NCBI RefSeq assembly: GCF_004010195.1
Contig: NC_057751.1
Location: forward strand, 8,360,404-8,424,403
Direction: 5' to 3'
Length of the DNA: 64,000 nucleotides
Origin: Chiloscyllium plagiosum
Taxonomy: Eukaryota
Below are positions 25,683-38,844 of the stretch, in pieces. The notes under the pieces are model-generated. The model was not told the DNA's origin and ran no database searches. It saw nothing but the letters and a program-made list of their open reading frames with translations. A program made the position numbers and the translations under genes. The number at the start of each line of letters is the position of its first letter. The first letter of the stretch is position 1.

Positions 25683-25984
25683 AAGTTCTTAAGAGCCTGA
25701 ATGGTGGAGACAAGGTGGAAAGAATATTTCCTTTAATGAGTGAGTCCCGATGGACTTTTAAAATTCGGAATCACCCTTTCAGGACAAATGAGGACACGGG
25801 GTTTTGGACATCTCTGCATCAGACAGAGGAGGGGTTGTCAATGAGTACATTTGAGGTAAAGGTAGAGAGATTCTTGTCACCAAAGGAAATAAAAGGTTTC
25901 CAGGGAGAGTATGATTGTGGAATTCGGAACATAAACAGATCAGCCATGATGTTACTCCTCATTCATATATACAACAGGATTTCA

Positions 25985-26322
25985 TAGCAATCCCTGCAGT
26001 GTGGAAGCAGGCCAATCAGCCCATCAAGTCCACACCAATGTTCCAAAGAGCATCCTACCCATACCCACCTTACCCCTGCTTACTCTATCTCTGATACCCT
26101 GCATTTACTACATCCAGCCAGCCTACACACTCTGGGCAATTTCGAATGGCCAACCCATCTAACCTGCACAGCTTTGGACTTTGGGAGGAAACTGGAGCAT
26201 CCAGAGGAACACCACACAGACTCAGGGAGAATGTGCAAACTCTACACAGACGGTTGGCCAAGGCTGGAATCAAACCCAGGCCCTTGATGCGATGAGGCAG
26301 CAGTGCTAACCACTGTGCTGCC
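25985..26322 (-). mobile_element. HE1 / V-SINE
   Basis: Reverse V-domain and tRNA head. Confidence 0.85.
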
Positions 26323-26786
26323 CAGCATGGGAGCTAGAATCTCAAGTGTAGAAACCTGCTCAGACACTCCCAGTGCTGCACCACTCTTTCACATGAGACA
26401 CAAGGACCATAGCTTTTCACACATCCACCTAATTTCAAGACCAACACAGAAGTCCTAGCCCATTGGTATCACAGCCAAATGTCTCTCAACTAACTTCACT
26501 GAAACAGACTGTCTGGTCAGAGCTCAGTTGGCTGGACTGTTGGTTTGCAAAGTAGTGTGATGCCAATACTGGCTAACGTTACCTTGAAACACTTTCCTTC
26601 TTAAAGTATCCCCTCACCTAACAGATGGAGGCCTCAGGTTAAATCACCACCAGTTGTCTGTCTCTAATGAAAGAGTAGCCCTCTGGTCTGGAAGGATGAT
26701 GGTGACTTGCTGTTTGTGAGTTCTTACTGTGCACAGGTTGGCTGCCTTGTTTCTGAAATTACATGGCAAAAGTGAGGACTGCAGAT

Positions 26787-26963
26787 TCTGGAAATCAGAG
26801 TCTAGATTAGAGTGGTGCTGGAAAAGCACAGTAAATCATGCAGCATCCGAGGAGCAGGAGAATCGATGTTTCGGGCAAAAGCCCTTCATCAGGAATTTTC
26901 CTGCTCCTCGGATGCTGCCTGACCTGCTGCGCTTTTCCAGCACCACTCTAATCTAGACTCTGA
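26787..26963. mobile_element. Penelope-like insertion in inverted-repeat form
   Basis: Arms 26795-26860 and 26899-26963 are near reverse complements; 14-bp duplication ctgaaat(t/g)acatgg. Confidence 0.8.
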
Positions 26964-27529
26964 AATGACATGGATAGTGAAGTGGTTCAGAATGTTATGG
27001 CATCCTGAAACACACTGCAGATCCAAACAATTTTTTCTTTAAGTAGAGAGTTTATTGCATTTTTTGTACAAATCCATACAAACCGACCCCTTATAAAGTG
27101 CACTACTTTTACTGATCAAGTCAAACCCAGGCTTCAGTTCTGAGTTCAAGCAGTTCTGAGGAAGGGTCACCGGATTTGAAATGGTAACAGATGCTGCCAG
27201 ACCTGCTGAGTTTTTCGGGCAACTTCTGTTTTTGATCCAGGCTTCAGTTTACCTGGAGACCACAAAGGAAGCCTTGCAAAATTCACATTTCGAGTTATTG
27301 CAACAAAGGATAACATCAAAAGGTTTGGAATGTGGAATATGGTATCGTTCACCTGGGTACATCAATATCAGAAGTTTTCTGGTCATAAGGCTCATCTGAA
27401 AGAAATTATCACTGGACTTCTCAGTTTCTGGTTCAAATTCATCCAGTCCTATTCTTAATTACTCGTAGGTTCAAATGCAACATTTGTTGGCCCAATATTC
27501 CAGACTCACAATTTTGAAAGCTTTCAAGT

Positions 27530-27790
27530 GTGATGTGACACACAAAGAACAACACATAAAAGCATGTGAGATACAGGAAGAAACTGACAGGTAAGTCGAC
27601 AAACAGGCATACAAACACGGATGCACAGATTGGTATATAGCTGGATGGCCAGACTGACATGGATAGACAGTTGGATAGACTCACATGGACAGACAAATGG
27701 ACGGTCAGGAACACTCACAAAATTACCATCGTTGAACTTTTAACAGTTGGACAGACAGACAGAATGACATGCAGAGCACATGAAAACGTT
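27530..27790. repeat. Degenerate (AGAC/GGAC)-rich low-complexity repeat
   Basis: Direct reading. Confidence 0.6.
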
Positions 27791-28263
27791 GAACACCATT
27801 CAGTATCAATGCAGCTTCCTGACCACAAGCCTCTATCCCAAGTCCACACACTGGTCCTCTAGAAACGATATCTATTTGTCCCTTGAGCCCACTTAGACTC
27901 TGTGTTGACAACTTAGTTATTCTCATTGCACTCCTAAGTGTTACATTAGCATTGCAAATCAGCAACTGCTTCTATTAGCTCTCGAGTGCATGTGAAAGAG
28001 AAAATCTGTAAATTAAGAAGATCCGGTGCTAAGGAAGCATGTTCCTATGGAAGCCTGATTATTTTTCCACAGTCATTCGGATGTGGGTTACAAAGGACAA
28101 AAAGCACAGTGACAAAACTACAGCTGAACTCTTACACTCTCCCTCTGCAGCTGGGCATGTTTGAATCACTTGACCCTTTTTGCAGAACCTCCTCACCCAA
28201 CAGCCTCCACATACCACCTTTCCTGCCCAAAACTCCAGAAAACTGCTTCACTGAGCTCCAATC

Positions 28264-28306
28264 ATGTGGAAGATCCTCGGAATTTCTCTGCTGTTGCTGG
28301 TGAAAG
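28264..28306 (+). CDS. Candidate signal-peptide exon (MWKILGISLLLLVK, phase 1)
   Basis: atcATG with A at -3, basic residue then hydrophobic core, AAG|GTAGAA donor (weak). Confidence 0.25.
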
Positions 28307-28658
28307 GTAGAACGAGTCCTGAGAAGCACGAACACTGGTGCACAGAGCTATTGGGTTCAACGCTCTCTGCCTCTACTGCCAATACTTCACCACCTTGTGA
28401 CCGTTATGTTGCTTGGCTCGTTTACCATTGTGAACGATGTGGCAACATTTACCTCAGCAATACCTTGCGTCAGCTTTGAAAACCTCAATTCTATCCTCCA
28501 TCGTAACTGGTGGGAATGAACTGGTGGCAGTGAATCTTTGAAATTCTCAGGGCTGTGGCATTTCATTCACATTAAGTATTTCTTCAGGACAGGGATCAAG
28601 AGATTTCCGGATACTAGTTGATGAGGAAAAAGGGTGCTGAGGTGGAAGAACAAGCACA

Positions 28659-28990
28659 GGGCATGGTGGCTCAGTGGTTAGCACTGCTGCCTCACAGTGC
28701 CAGGGATGCTGGTTCGGTTCCAGCCTCAGGTATCCATCTGGGTGCAGCTTGCACATTCACCGTCATGTCTGCGTGGACTTCCTCCTTGTGTTCAGGTTTC
28801 CTCCCACAGTCCAAAGCTGAGAAGATTAGGTGGACCAGCCACGTGAAATTTCCCTGTAATGCGTGGGGGGTGAGCCAAAGTTTTAAAAAGGCAACCCATA
28901 CAGGGGTGGGTCTGTGAGGGATGCTCTTCGGGAGGTCAATACAGACTCAATGAGCCGAATGTCCTCTGTCTGTTTTTTAGGGATTCTATA
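28659..28990 (+). mobile_element. HE1 / V-SINE (diverged)
   Basis: A/B boxes and V-domain. Confidence 0.85.
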
Positions 28991-29654
28991 AAATGTGCAG
29001 CACTTATGATGGGCTGAATGGCCAATCGCCTTTCTTACTTCGTGTTCTTCATCTGCACAAGTGGACGCAGTCTAAAAGGCGGGTTAAAATCCTGGCATGC
29101 TCCTCAAAATCGTAATTCCCGATACCTAAACAATTGGTTAACCCTCTCCACTCTCAGGGGTCCTGAAACTCTGCTTATTTGCCATTTTGCACTTGTTGCT
29201 TGGTTTCTGAAATCCAGTAATCTGAAGAACAGTTCCCACACACAGGGGAGGCGCCCTGCTGACGGAAGAGCAACATGTCACATTCCGATACTTCAGTCAT
29301 GTTTCTAGTATCACTAACAGCATGAAGATATATCATCAACACAACCCCAGTGCGCTCAACACACCGGTGCTGAGCAATGTGACCTGGGCTGTCTATGACT
29401 CCAGCAGTTTCCAACAAGGCCGCTCAAGTACCAATTCCAATCCTTAAGGAAGGTTGGTCTTTCCCCCCTCCAGCGCGCTGAGGTTCATCTGGCCACACAC
29501 AACAACAAGCATGAGTTGATACCTCGAAAATTGTGAGTGGTGAAATGACGCGGCAAGGCATTCCTGTGCTGAGACAGAAGCAGATAAATGAAAGATGGCG
29601 GTAGCATCATGGTATTGTCACTGGGCTGATAATGCAGATGCCCAGGTGAATGAC

Positions 29655-29775
29655 TTGGAGATGCCGGTGTTGGACCAGGGTGTACAAAGTTAAAAATCAA
29701 ACAACACCGGGTTAGAGTCCAACAGGGTTTATTTGGAAGCACTCGCTTTCGGAGCGCTGCTCCTTCATCAGGTAT
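29655..29775 (-). mobile_element. Penelope-like terminus (family 3) with hammerhead-like core
   Basis: Minus strand reads CTGATGA-A-GGAGC-A-GC-GCTCC-GAAAG...ccaaataaac. Confidence 0.65.
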
Positions 29776-31809
29776 TGCAGCGGGACGAGTAGTCTACATC
29801 TGCTCCCATTCTGCATGCTTGCATTGTCAGCCAGTGATTCCAAGATAATGTATTTCAAAACATTTGAGGCTCATGTGCAAGCACAAGACTATTTTCAACA
29901 GCTCGTTTTTACTTGTGAAGGAGAGACTATCTTTGAGATAATAGAAACAGACAAACAGATGGGAGTAATTCAATAACATGCCTTTTCCATTCATTCTGAT
30001 AAGTCAAGGACAATGATTTATTCAGGTATATGTGATATCCATTTATTTATCTATTTATCCAGTCACAGTGGAGAATATTTAGCTGGTGTTTAACTGGTAA
30101 ATACTTTGGCTCACTTTAGACTGAAAGGCCAAAGTAAATGCCAGACGGCACTGAGACAGTGCAGGAGTTACAAAATGCTGCACATGATGCACAAAAGTAG
30201 AAATTGCTGGAAAAGCTCATCAGGTGTGGCAGCAGCTGTGGAGAGAAATCAGAGTTAACGGTTCGGATCTGGTGACCCTTCCTCAGAACTGATAGACAGG
30301 ATGTAGGTGGGAGATGACCCTGTGTGTGTAAGGGAAAGGAGGTGTGCCCATGGAGATGAGTGCTGATGGTCCAACAAGTGTGGGGAGGCATTGATGGATG
30401 ATAGTACTCTTGACCAGATTAGAGAGAAGAGATCTTCGGGCCTTGTTGAACAACCAAACGTTTGAAGCATAGCTTGAAAAGAAAGCAAAAAACATCAATG
30501 GTTTATTTAACTGCAGTGACAACAGGTTTTTGACAGCTGAGCTCAGTCTCAGTCCTAATTAGGCATTTTACAGTCAGAATCACAGGATCATCATCAGCAT
30601 CCTTGCTGATTATTTCCCCTCCTTTGTTCCAAAGTAACAACATTAAACGTTATTCAAGCTGCAACATTCTAATTTGCTGATTCAGCTGCTGACTGTTGCA
30701 AGTTGGTGAGTATAGGATCGGAATCTTTGCTATGTCCAAACGCCAACTGATTTATAATTTACTAATGAACAATGCACCTGTGTCTAAGACTTTAAATGCC
30801 ATAACCACCATCAATCTCCCACTTAATATCTTCACTGCATGTTCTCTTTAACAGTCATTAGAGATACTACTTGCATAGTCCAAACATGAACCGTCTCAAA
30901 CCCAGATACCACACTGACTGCAAAGAGCTCAATAGCTCCACTGCTGTCTCCTTCTCTGCACTGCCTATATGATGTTCAGTATTTTATGACATTGAATTTC
31001 TTTCTAGTGTATATGTGTATTTGCCATGCCATGTACATACTCTGCCTCCTCTGTTTCAAATTCTGTATCTACCTTACCAGCAAATATTTCTTACTTCCCA
31101 CTTTCTGTATTTATCTGAACCACTGCCCACATTCCCACCAGGAGATTAGAGATCACCGACCTGGCTGGGAGCAGCAAGGGAACCTGGTCTTTTCAAGTTT
31201 CTATGTCCAGGACATACTCAACAGACCAAGTGTTCTTCATCAGCAGTATTCACTTCCGAGTCAACTTCCTACCTCAGGAAAATCCCACATACAGACATTG
31301 TCAGTCACCCTTTTAAAACATAGTGGAGGTGAAATTTTCTCTCCCCAAGTCTCTGAACCATTCTTCCCGAAAAATGGTGAATGCAGAGTCTTTGAATAGT
31401 ACTAAGGGAGAGTGGACATATTGTTGATAGAAGAGGGGGTGACAGGTTATCAGGAATAGCTGAGAATGTGGACTTGGGCTTCAAATCACATTAACCATGA
31501 TCTTGTTAAATGGCAGAACAGACGTGAGGGGTTGAATAGCCTCCTCCAGCTCCCTTTTTTTAAATATTCATATCTTCTTATGTTGCCAATTCTGTCAAGT
31601 TAACCTTGGTTTTTTTTTCCTTTGGCACCAAGAAACGTTCAACTGACCCAAAGCCAAGTTAAGTGGAACAGAGTTTTAATAAATAATTTTTAAGTTTGGA
31701 TGTTGAAAGCTGGAATATTCTGAATTGATCACACTCCTATTTGTCTTCAAGATTTACCTGTTGAGGAAGATTCTTTCCGTTCCAATCCAATTGCTATGCA
31801 CTGTTTTTC

Positions 31810-32000
31810 CCCTCATCCCCTCTCTGTTGCTCTCTGTTCTGCTCTCTTGTGTCTTTCTCGCTCTCACTCTTTGTTCCTCTTCATCTGTCTCTGTCTTTCC
31901 TTCTCCTGATCTTTGTCTGTCAGCTCCTCTCTCTGGCCTCCTCTCACTTCTTCATTCTCTCTCTCTCTCCCTTTTCCTCTCTCTCTCTCCCTCTCTCTGT
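31810..32000. repeat. CT-rich low-complexity tract
   Basis: Direct reading. Confidence 0.85.
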
Positions 32001-32562
32001 ATCTGCACATTTAAAGCAGTTTTCAAACTATATTGGTATTCTTAACGTGATTGCAGATGCTAATATTTGAGTATTATACATGATTAATTTTTAAGTGGAG
32101 AAACAGATCAGCATTTTCATGCTGTTTTTATTTAGCTATATCACAATGCAGTAAATTGGATAAAATCTGAGATACCAGACCAAATTCAGCTAAAATTCTC
32201 TATTAATGCCCTGCCCTATTATTCCTGTCAGATAACATCATTGCTGATATCAGCAATGCATCTCTGGACCTGTGTATCCCTCCTCTTAAACCTTTCAGAA
32301 CAAAATTACATTTGAAGCAAGCTGGGTTTTTAATAAACTCGTGCCTGTTGATTGACTCTATGGCTGGTAAACACTTACCCTCCCATCACTCAAACTTCAG
32401 ACCAACAAAATGGGTTTCATTTCACTGGTTGTCGTTCTATTCAATCTGCAACCTTATCCTCACTGACCCAGACTGGCACCTGGTCAATCAAAACCTCAAA
32501 TTTAAAATTCTTATTCTTGAGTTCAAATTCCTGCAAGAGCCCTTGCCTCCCCTTCCTTTATG

Positions 32563-32650
32563 TATGGTGCTGGAAAAGCACAGCCGGTCAGGCAACATCC
32601 GAGGAGCAGGAGAATCGACGTTTCGGGCATAAACCCTTCATCAGGAATTT
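32563..32650 (-). mobile_element. Penelope-like terminus (family 1) with hammerhead motif
   Basis: gacgtttcgggcataaacccttcatcag is the reverse of the core. Confidence 0.8.
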
Positions 32651-32865
32651 CCACCATCACTTTCCCCTTCCTTTATGTCCATCATCCCTTCCCTCCCAAC
32701 AACCTATGGAAATATCTGTGCTCAGGATCCTTTAAGCCCAAGGTCATCAAAAGTGAATTGGATGAGGATAGCCACCTTTCTGGTCTAACGAGAAGAACCT
32801 CCTGGAATAAACAACAGGATGACTGTTTCATCATTATTTCCAGCAGTTGTTCCCAACCTTTTCAG

Positions 32866-33059
32866 TGACACAGCACACCTCAATGAGCCGGACAACTCCA
32901 TGCCATGATCACGTTTCTTGGCTGCATTGCTCGCTCAGAAACATCACGTACACGGATGACGATGGTCTGACCAGAGAGGTTTGCAACCACAGGGCGTACA
33001 GGATAAAAAGGCCGACATCTTGCTTTCAATTGGATGATGAATTTTCACGAGTTTCATGA
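32866..33059 (+). CDS. Candidate exon encoding a 4-Cys peptide (phase 1 start)
   Basis: Acceptor ttgttcccaaccttttcAG, CpG-retaining unique sequence, open to TGA. Confidence 0.25.
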
Positions 33060-33684
33060 GTCATGCTATTGCTTGGGTTGAATTTTGTTTTTGATGAATG
33101 TCTGCTTTAGGTGGATGTTCATTCCTTTGTGCAAAATTTCATGGCGAACTTGGACACCTCTGATGGCACACTGATTGAAAACCATTGATTTGCAGGTGAA
33201 TATGACCTGTATATTATGACAGAGACTGTTTGGAGCATTCTGGATGCAGCTGAACCTCCCACCAGGTCCTTCTTTACTCCCAACAAGTCTCACAAACATT
33301 ATTTTCATTATGGTGGGCACTGAACTCAATCAAGTAACACCTGTTCAGTCTGATATTCAACAGGGATCCTTCCATTCCTCCAGTGTGGTCTCTTGTGTAT
33401 ACCTTTATTTGAATTGACACCCACTCCCACCACCAACCCTCCTGCTGCCTCAGCCCTGAACTCTCCAGAACTCTCCAGTTAAATGTCTCTGTCCCTGCCC
33501 TCCCCTGACTCTAAAGTACCCTTTAAAAACTCTGGCCAAGCTTAAGACCATCTGCTTTGATGTGTCTTTCTCAGGCTCAGTTCTTGTCAGGTAATACTCC
33601 CGTGTAGTCACTAGGATGCTTTTGCTCCATGACAAGTATGGCTCTTGTGTAAGTGTGTGCAGATCTATGTTGCGTGTTTTTTAA

Positions 33685-33995
33685 ATTCTTTTAACAGGGT
33701 GAGAGCATCGCTGGCTAGGCCAGCATTTATTGCCCATGCCTAATTGCCCAGAGGGCAGTTGAGAGTCAACCCCATTGTTCTAGGTCTGGGATCGCATGGA
33801 GGCCAGACCAGGTAAGGATGGCTGTTTTCTTCCCTAAAGGACATTAGTGAACCAGATTGGTTTTTCTGACAATTGGCAGTGGATTGATAGTAGTCACTAG
33901 ATCCTTATCCAGATATTTATTGAATTCAAATTCCCAGGTGCCCAGGACATTGCCTGGGCTTCTGGATTAACAGTCTAGTGATAATACCACTGGGC
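33685..33995 (-). mobile_element. tRNA-derived SINE (same family as 2935)
   Basis: ggccagcatttattgccc...ttccctaaaggacattagtgaaccagat. Confidence 0.75.
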
Positions 33996-34324
33996 CAACG
34001 AATCCCCTTTGTATGAATCATCGCTGAGGGAGAGAAGGAATTCAACAGCGATGCAGACTGCTGCTGACTTGCTCCACGAGATCGAATCCTAATTGCGGCA
34101 GGGAATTTCAAGGCTTGCACGAGCTCCACATGTGCCTCAGAGCAATATAGAGGAATATCAATTGTACTGCAGTAACTTCGAGAGTCTTGTTTGGCTGATG
34201 GACTGTTGTGCCATCGTACCCTCTCAGTTGGCATGCAATGCACGCACCTGATCTGAATAAACAAATGTATGAAGTGCAGCAAATGCAACAGGTGGCTATG
34301 TCCAATCAGTCTAGCCAAAGCTAG

Positions 34325-35113
34325 GGCCAGTGCGAGTCGAAGCAAATCTTAGCAGGACCAATACACTTAATGGTAAGGTCCTCAGGAGTGTTGCTGAACA
34401 AAGAGACCTTGGAGTGCAGGTTCATCATTCCTTGAAAGTAGTCACAGGTAGATAGCAACAGTGAAGAAGGTGCTTGGTATGCTTTCCCTAATTAGTCAGT
34501 GCAATGAGTATAGGAGTTGGGAGGTCATGTTGTTGTTGTACAGAGCATTGGTAAGGCTACTTTTAGAATATTGTGTGCAATTCTGGTCCCTTTCTTATCG
34601 GAAGGATGTTGTGAAACCTGAAAGTGTTCAGAAAAGATTTACAAGGATGTTGCCAGGGTTGGAGGATTTGAGTTACAGGGAGAGGCTGAATAGGGTGGGG
34701 CTGTTTTTGCTGGAGTGTCGGAGGCTAAGGGGTGACCCTATTGAGGTTTATAAAAATCATGAGGGGCATGGATAGGGTAAATATACAAAGCCTTTTCCCT
34801 GGATTGGGGGGAGTCCAAAGCTAGAGGGCATAGGTTTAGGGTGAGAGGGGAAATATATAAAAGGGACCTCAAGGGGCAACTTCTTCACACAGTGGGTGCT
34901 GCGACTATGGAATGAGCTGTCAGAGGAAGTCGAGGAGGCTGGTAAAATTACAGCATTTAAAAGGCAGTTGGATTGATAAATGAATAGGAAGGGTTAAGAG
35001 GGATATTGGCCAAGCATTGGCAAATGGGACTACATTAGGTTAGGATATCTGGTCAGCATGGACGAGTTCGACCGAAGGGTCTGTTTATCTGCTGCACAGT
35101 TCTATGACTCTAT
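34325..35113 (+). mobile_element. 5'-truncated CR1 (HER1-type) LINE
   Basis: LYRALVRLLLEYCVQFWS...VQKRFTRMLPGLEDLSYRERL; tail (tctatgac)n. Confidence 0.92.
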
Positions 35114-35614
35114 GAATGTGACATCATTGTGGCACATGGTTCATCAATCCTTGGGTAATGCTTGGCAAAACTGATAGTCTAGTCATCCTTGAATCAAGGT
35201 CTAAATAAATGCTACACACAGAACTCTCTGGACCTGTTACTAAGTTTTCCACATACCAGCCCTTTGCTCCTGAAAGTGCTGAACCATTTGAAGGCATATG
35301 TCATCAGCCAATGCCTGACCCAACTAGTATTATTCAAGTTTCAAAGAGAGAATGTCAGATGTCATCAGATGTTCTTTTGTCCTGCTGAATCCTGGAACAT
35401 GCTGATTAATTCCAGCCTGGCTTAACAATAGCATTATCTGGCCTCATCCTCAATCCATCAGGAGCTACACTGAAGCTGCTTGTGGGGTTTGATGATTGCC
35501 TCAGCTCATATGAGTGAGTGCAGCACAGAGCAAGAATATAATATCAACCTTGCCCTATTTCTGCAGCTGAACAGTTCCAACCAAATTAGGTTAAGCTCAC
35601 ATATCTAGGTAGGC

Positions 35615-35830
35615 ACTTCAGCGCAGGACTGAAGGAGTGCCACACCGCCGGTGGTGCTGACAAGCGCTAAATAGCACCTCATGCTTCCATCTATTTCTAA
35701 GAAGAAAAGGAGGGCTCTCCCCACTGTCTTGGCTAAGCATCCCTTCAAACAGCATGCCTGGAACAAAGACTGGGTCGCTGTCACAGTGCTGCCTGTGAGA
35801 CCTTGCTGTGTGCAAACTGGTTGCCTTAGA
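35615..35830 (+). mobile_element. Deu-domain SINE remnant (SacSINE1-like); reverse copies at 38500-38712 and 50400-50645
   Basis: actgaaggagtgcc...ggtgc head and ccttgctgtgtgcaaactggttgcc tail. Confidence 0.5.
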
Positions 35831-38800
35831 CTGACAGGGGGCTCTGTCCCAAAATTAAGTGGGCCCAGCTTGCCAAGTTCCTGCTGCGATGGGACTGCAT
35901 TCTGTTCAACCTGGAGTTTTCATTCATGCATAAAAGATTCAACGGTTCAAATACTTTTGCAGCCTGAATTGAGCACATGTCAGTAGCATCACAGTCAAAG
36001 GCATGGAGAAGTTCAGCAGCTTCTCAGGACAACAACACTTTGAGTTCTCCTTGAGGTGACAGATTCCACCTTTAATATTCCAGCACATTTGATCAACAAA
36101 CCCATTGATCCGTTGCTTGGAGCAAGAGATTAAAGCTTCCCGCGAATTGAAAGCGTAGTCATCAGTGCAGGGATCAGACTCTGGGACATTAACTTGTTCA
36201 TCTCAGCTCTAACCCTACATTTTAACCTTTAAAGGAAAAATAACATCCAATTCTCTGTCAGAAGTTAACCGATTAACCAACTGAAGATTTTTCTTCACAC
36301 TTTTTGTTGGTCCAAATTCTGTTCTGATTGAAAAGGCACAACTGCTCATCGAAGCAGAAAATTCTCGGAAGCTCGTACGAATTAACTGGGTTGCACCGTC
36401 CCTGATAAAAGCTTCATCAGATTCAGAGTCAAAAGTGATTAAGGTCTTCAGCACGAGACATGGGTTCAAATTGACAGACAGTTGTAACTTGGGCAATTGG
36501 AATAAAAAATAAAGTTCAAGCCAATGTGACATTTCACCTTCCAACCAGAGACCAAACAAGCCAAACAGATTCCAGGAGCAGGTAGTTACTTCTTCAGATC
36601 CCGCGGAAGAGGATAAGATGCTCAGAAACATTAATGACCAAATGACCATTATTTCAGGGAGGGGTAGGATGACAAACTTAATGTTCATTCATCTGGGTGT
36701 TCAGATAGGCACTGCAATGAAGAGAGGATAAGATCCGTGAAATCTTTAATCTGTCCAGGATTAACTGGCCAGTGACCCTTTTCTCATTCCATACCAAGAA
36801 TGTTAAAAAGAAACACAGATCTGATTCATTCACATCCCTGGAAAACCCACCTCCACCTCTGGGACCTCAGTTAAAACTCCTGATACATGTGGAAAGACAA
36901 ACAATGGTTCATATTGCTGAGGGGATGTCCCCTCTGTGGACGGACAGTTGGATGAACCACCACAAACTGAGGATGTGAGAAGGGTCTCACAGTTTTCGTG
37001 CTTACGCTAGCTCTTGAGCATGGAGGGGAATAATTAGCCAGGGGCCATGCAAATTTTCCCACTCTTGTCGGACAGTTGGAGGGCATTTAAGATGGATAGA
37101 ATTGGGCTCAAGACTGGTGCAAATCTGACAAAGTCAGAGTTCAAAACCATAAAGCAGAGGAGGCTCACTGATACAACAAAGTGCTGCCAACATCCGAAGA
37201 ACAATAACCCAGCAAAGTCAACAGCCAATGGGGAGAAGAAATCCAAGTGTTCATGCTGAAGCTTCTGTTGGCTATTTCACTATAAAATACATGTCCTCCA
37301 AGTTTGCAGGAAACTTACTTGATAATTTTACAGCAAAGCCTCTTCTCTCAGTGTGGCCTCCTGGTCTTTTGAAGCAACACTGGAGAACATTCAGAAACAG
37401 TCAGGAACCTGCTGCTTGCTCTCAGGTAAAGAATTGACAACTCAGAGGAGGCACCTAAACTCAGAGCTCAAATCTTCCCACTGCAGACTGACATGCACAC
37501 TGAACCTTTGGATAATATTTCTTGGCGTCACCTATTGAAGTTGCAAACGAGAGCTCTTAAGTTTCAACAAGGTGACAAAACAGATGGTGAAATTCATTAG
37601 GGGATCAACATAAAGGGAGCATCATTGCCTATCAAACACATGCTGTGTATAAAGGGACAATGCAAGGATAGATTGGCTTTGTATTGAGACCAGCACAAAC
37701 GTGACCAGAATGAGAGACAATGCAAAAGGCCTGTTCTCCACTTGCAGTAACTTTCATCTTAATGATTCCAAATGTTACCCGAAATGCACTTTAGATGAAA
37801 AATTGGTGCAGTCCATTATAAAGATTAATGATTTGCAAATTTAAGATAATAGTTTAAGTAATTCTCCTCGTATTTAAAAGCCATTCAAGTTCATTTAGCC
37901 TTCAGAATCTTTCAGTGATTAGTAACTTGAAACTGGCCCCCAGCTAACAGCTACCTTTATGAAGTCTAGTCTTGAATGGTAATCTATAACCGTGCTGATG
38001 ACCTCACCACTTCAAGTCACAAACTATTAACTAAATCAAAGATTCAAAGAAGTGATGGTAAGAATCACTGAAATGTTACACACAAAGGGAGACTACTCTC
38101 TGGTTTCAACTCAACAGCTAATTAAGAAAAACTTGAAGCTGAATATTCCATATCTCTTGCAGAACTTGCTGCTCAGACGCTAGATTGGATAGCACAGGAA
38201 AAACGGGTGTGGAAAACACAATGAAAGACTAATACTTGGTTGTAATATAGTTGGTCCACAAACTTTATTCTGCTGCTCATTTCAGACATCACAGTGTCTG
38301 ACAGCCAGAGCTAATTGTCCGGACAAATCAACTGACACGTCACAGAATTGTTAAAAAGTCAGATCAGGCCATTCAGCCCTGCACCAGCTTTCTGAACGAG
38401 CAGTATCCTTCACCCAAATGCTGCAGAAACTCAGCAGGTTTGGTGGCAGCTGTAGGGAGAGAAACAGAGTTGAAGTTTTAAGTCCAGGAGGACTTCTTCT
38501 GAACAACCTTTCTTAGAATTGGTGCCAATGGATCTGTCACCCCTGCAAAAACCTCAGTTTTACCTGAAGGACAGTACTCAATGCAAAACCTTATCCCTTC
38601 AGAACTGCACTGGGTGGCAGCCTTGGCTTTTGTGTTCAAGCCTGCTGTTGGATTTGAACCCAGCAGCTTGTGACTCAGAGGTAGGAGTGCTTCCCACTGA
38701 GCCCTGGCTGACACCTTCGCTGGCAAGCATTTTTTAGTATTTTCTTGAGGAACAGCTGCCGAACCTCAATGAGACCATCTCCTGCTCTCTTATTTTTACA

Positions 38801-38844
38801 AGTTAGGACATCAGGCATTCACACAAGGAAGCATTCTTCTGAGT

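Noticed and set aside
31725..32070. Hydrophobic membrane-protein-like ORFs
   Set aside because: Arise from a CT-rich low-complexity tract
33926..34345. 139-aa minus ORF with signal-like start
   Set aside because: Non-ATG start at a CR1 boundary and end inside a SINE; no recognisable domain
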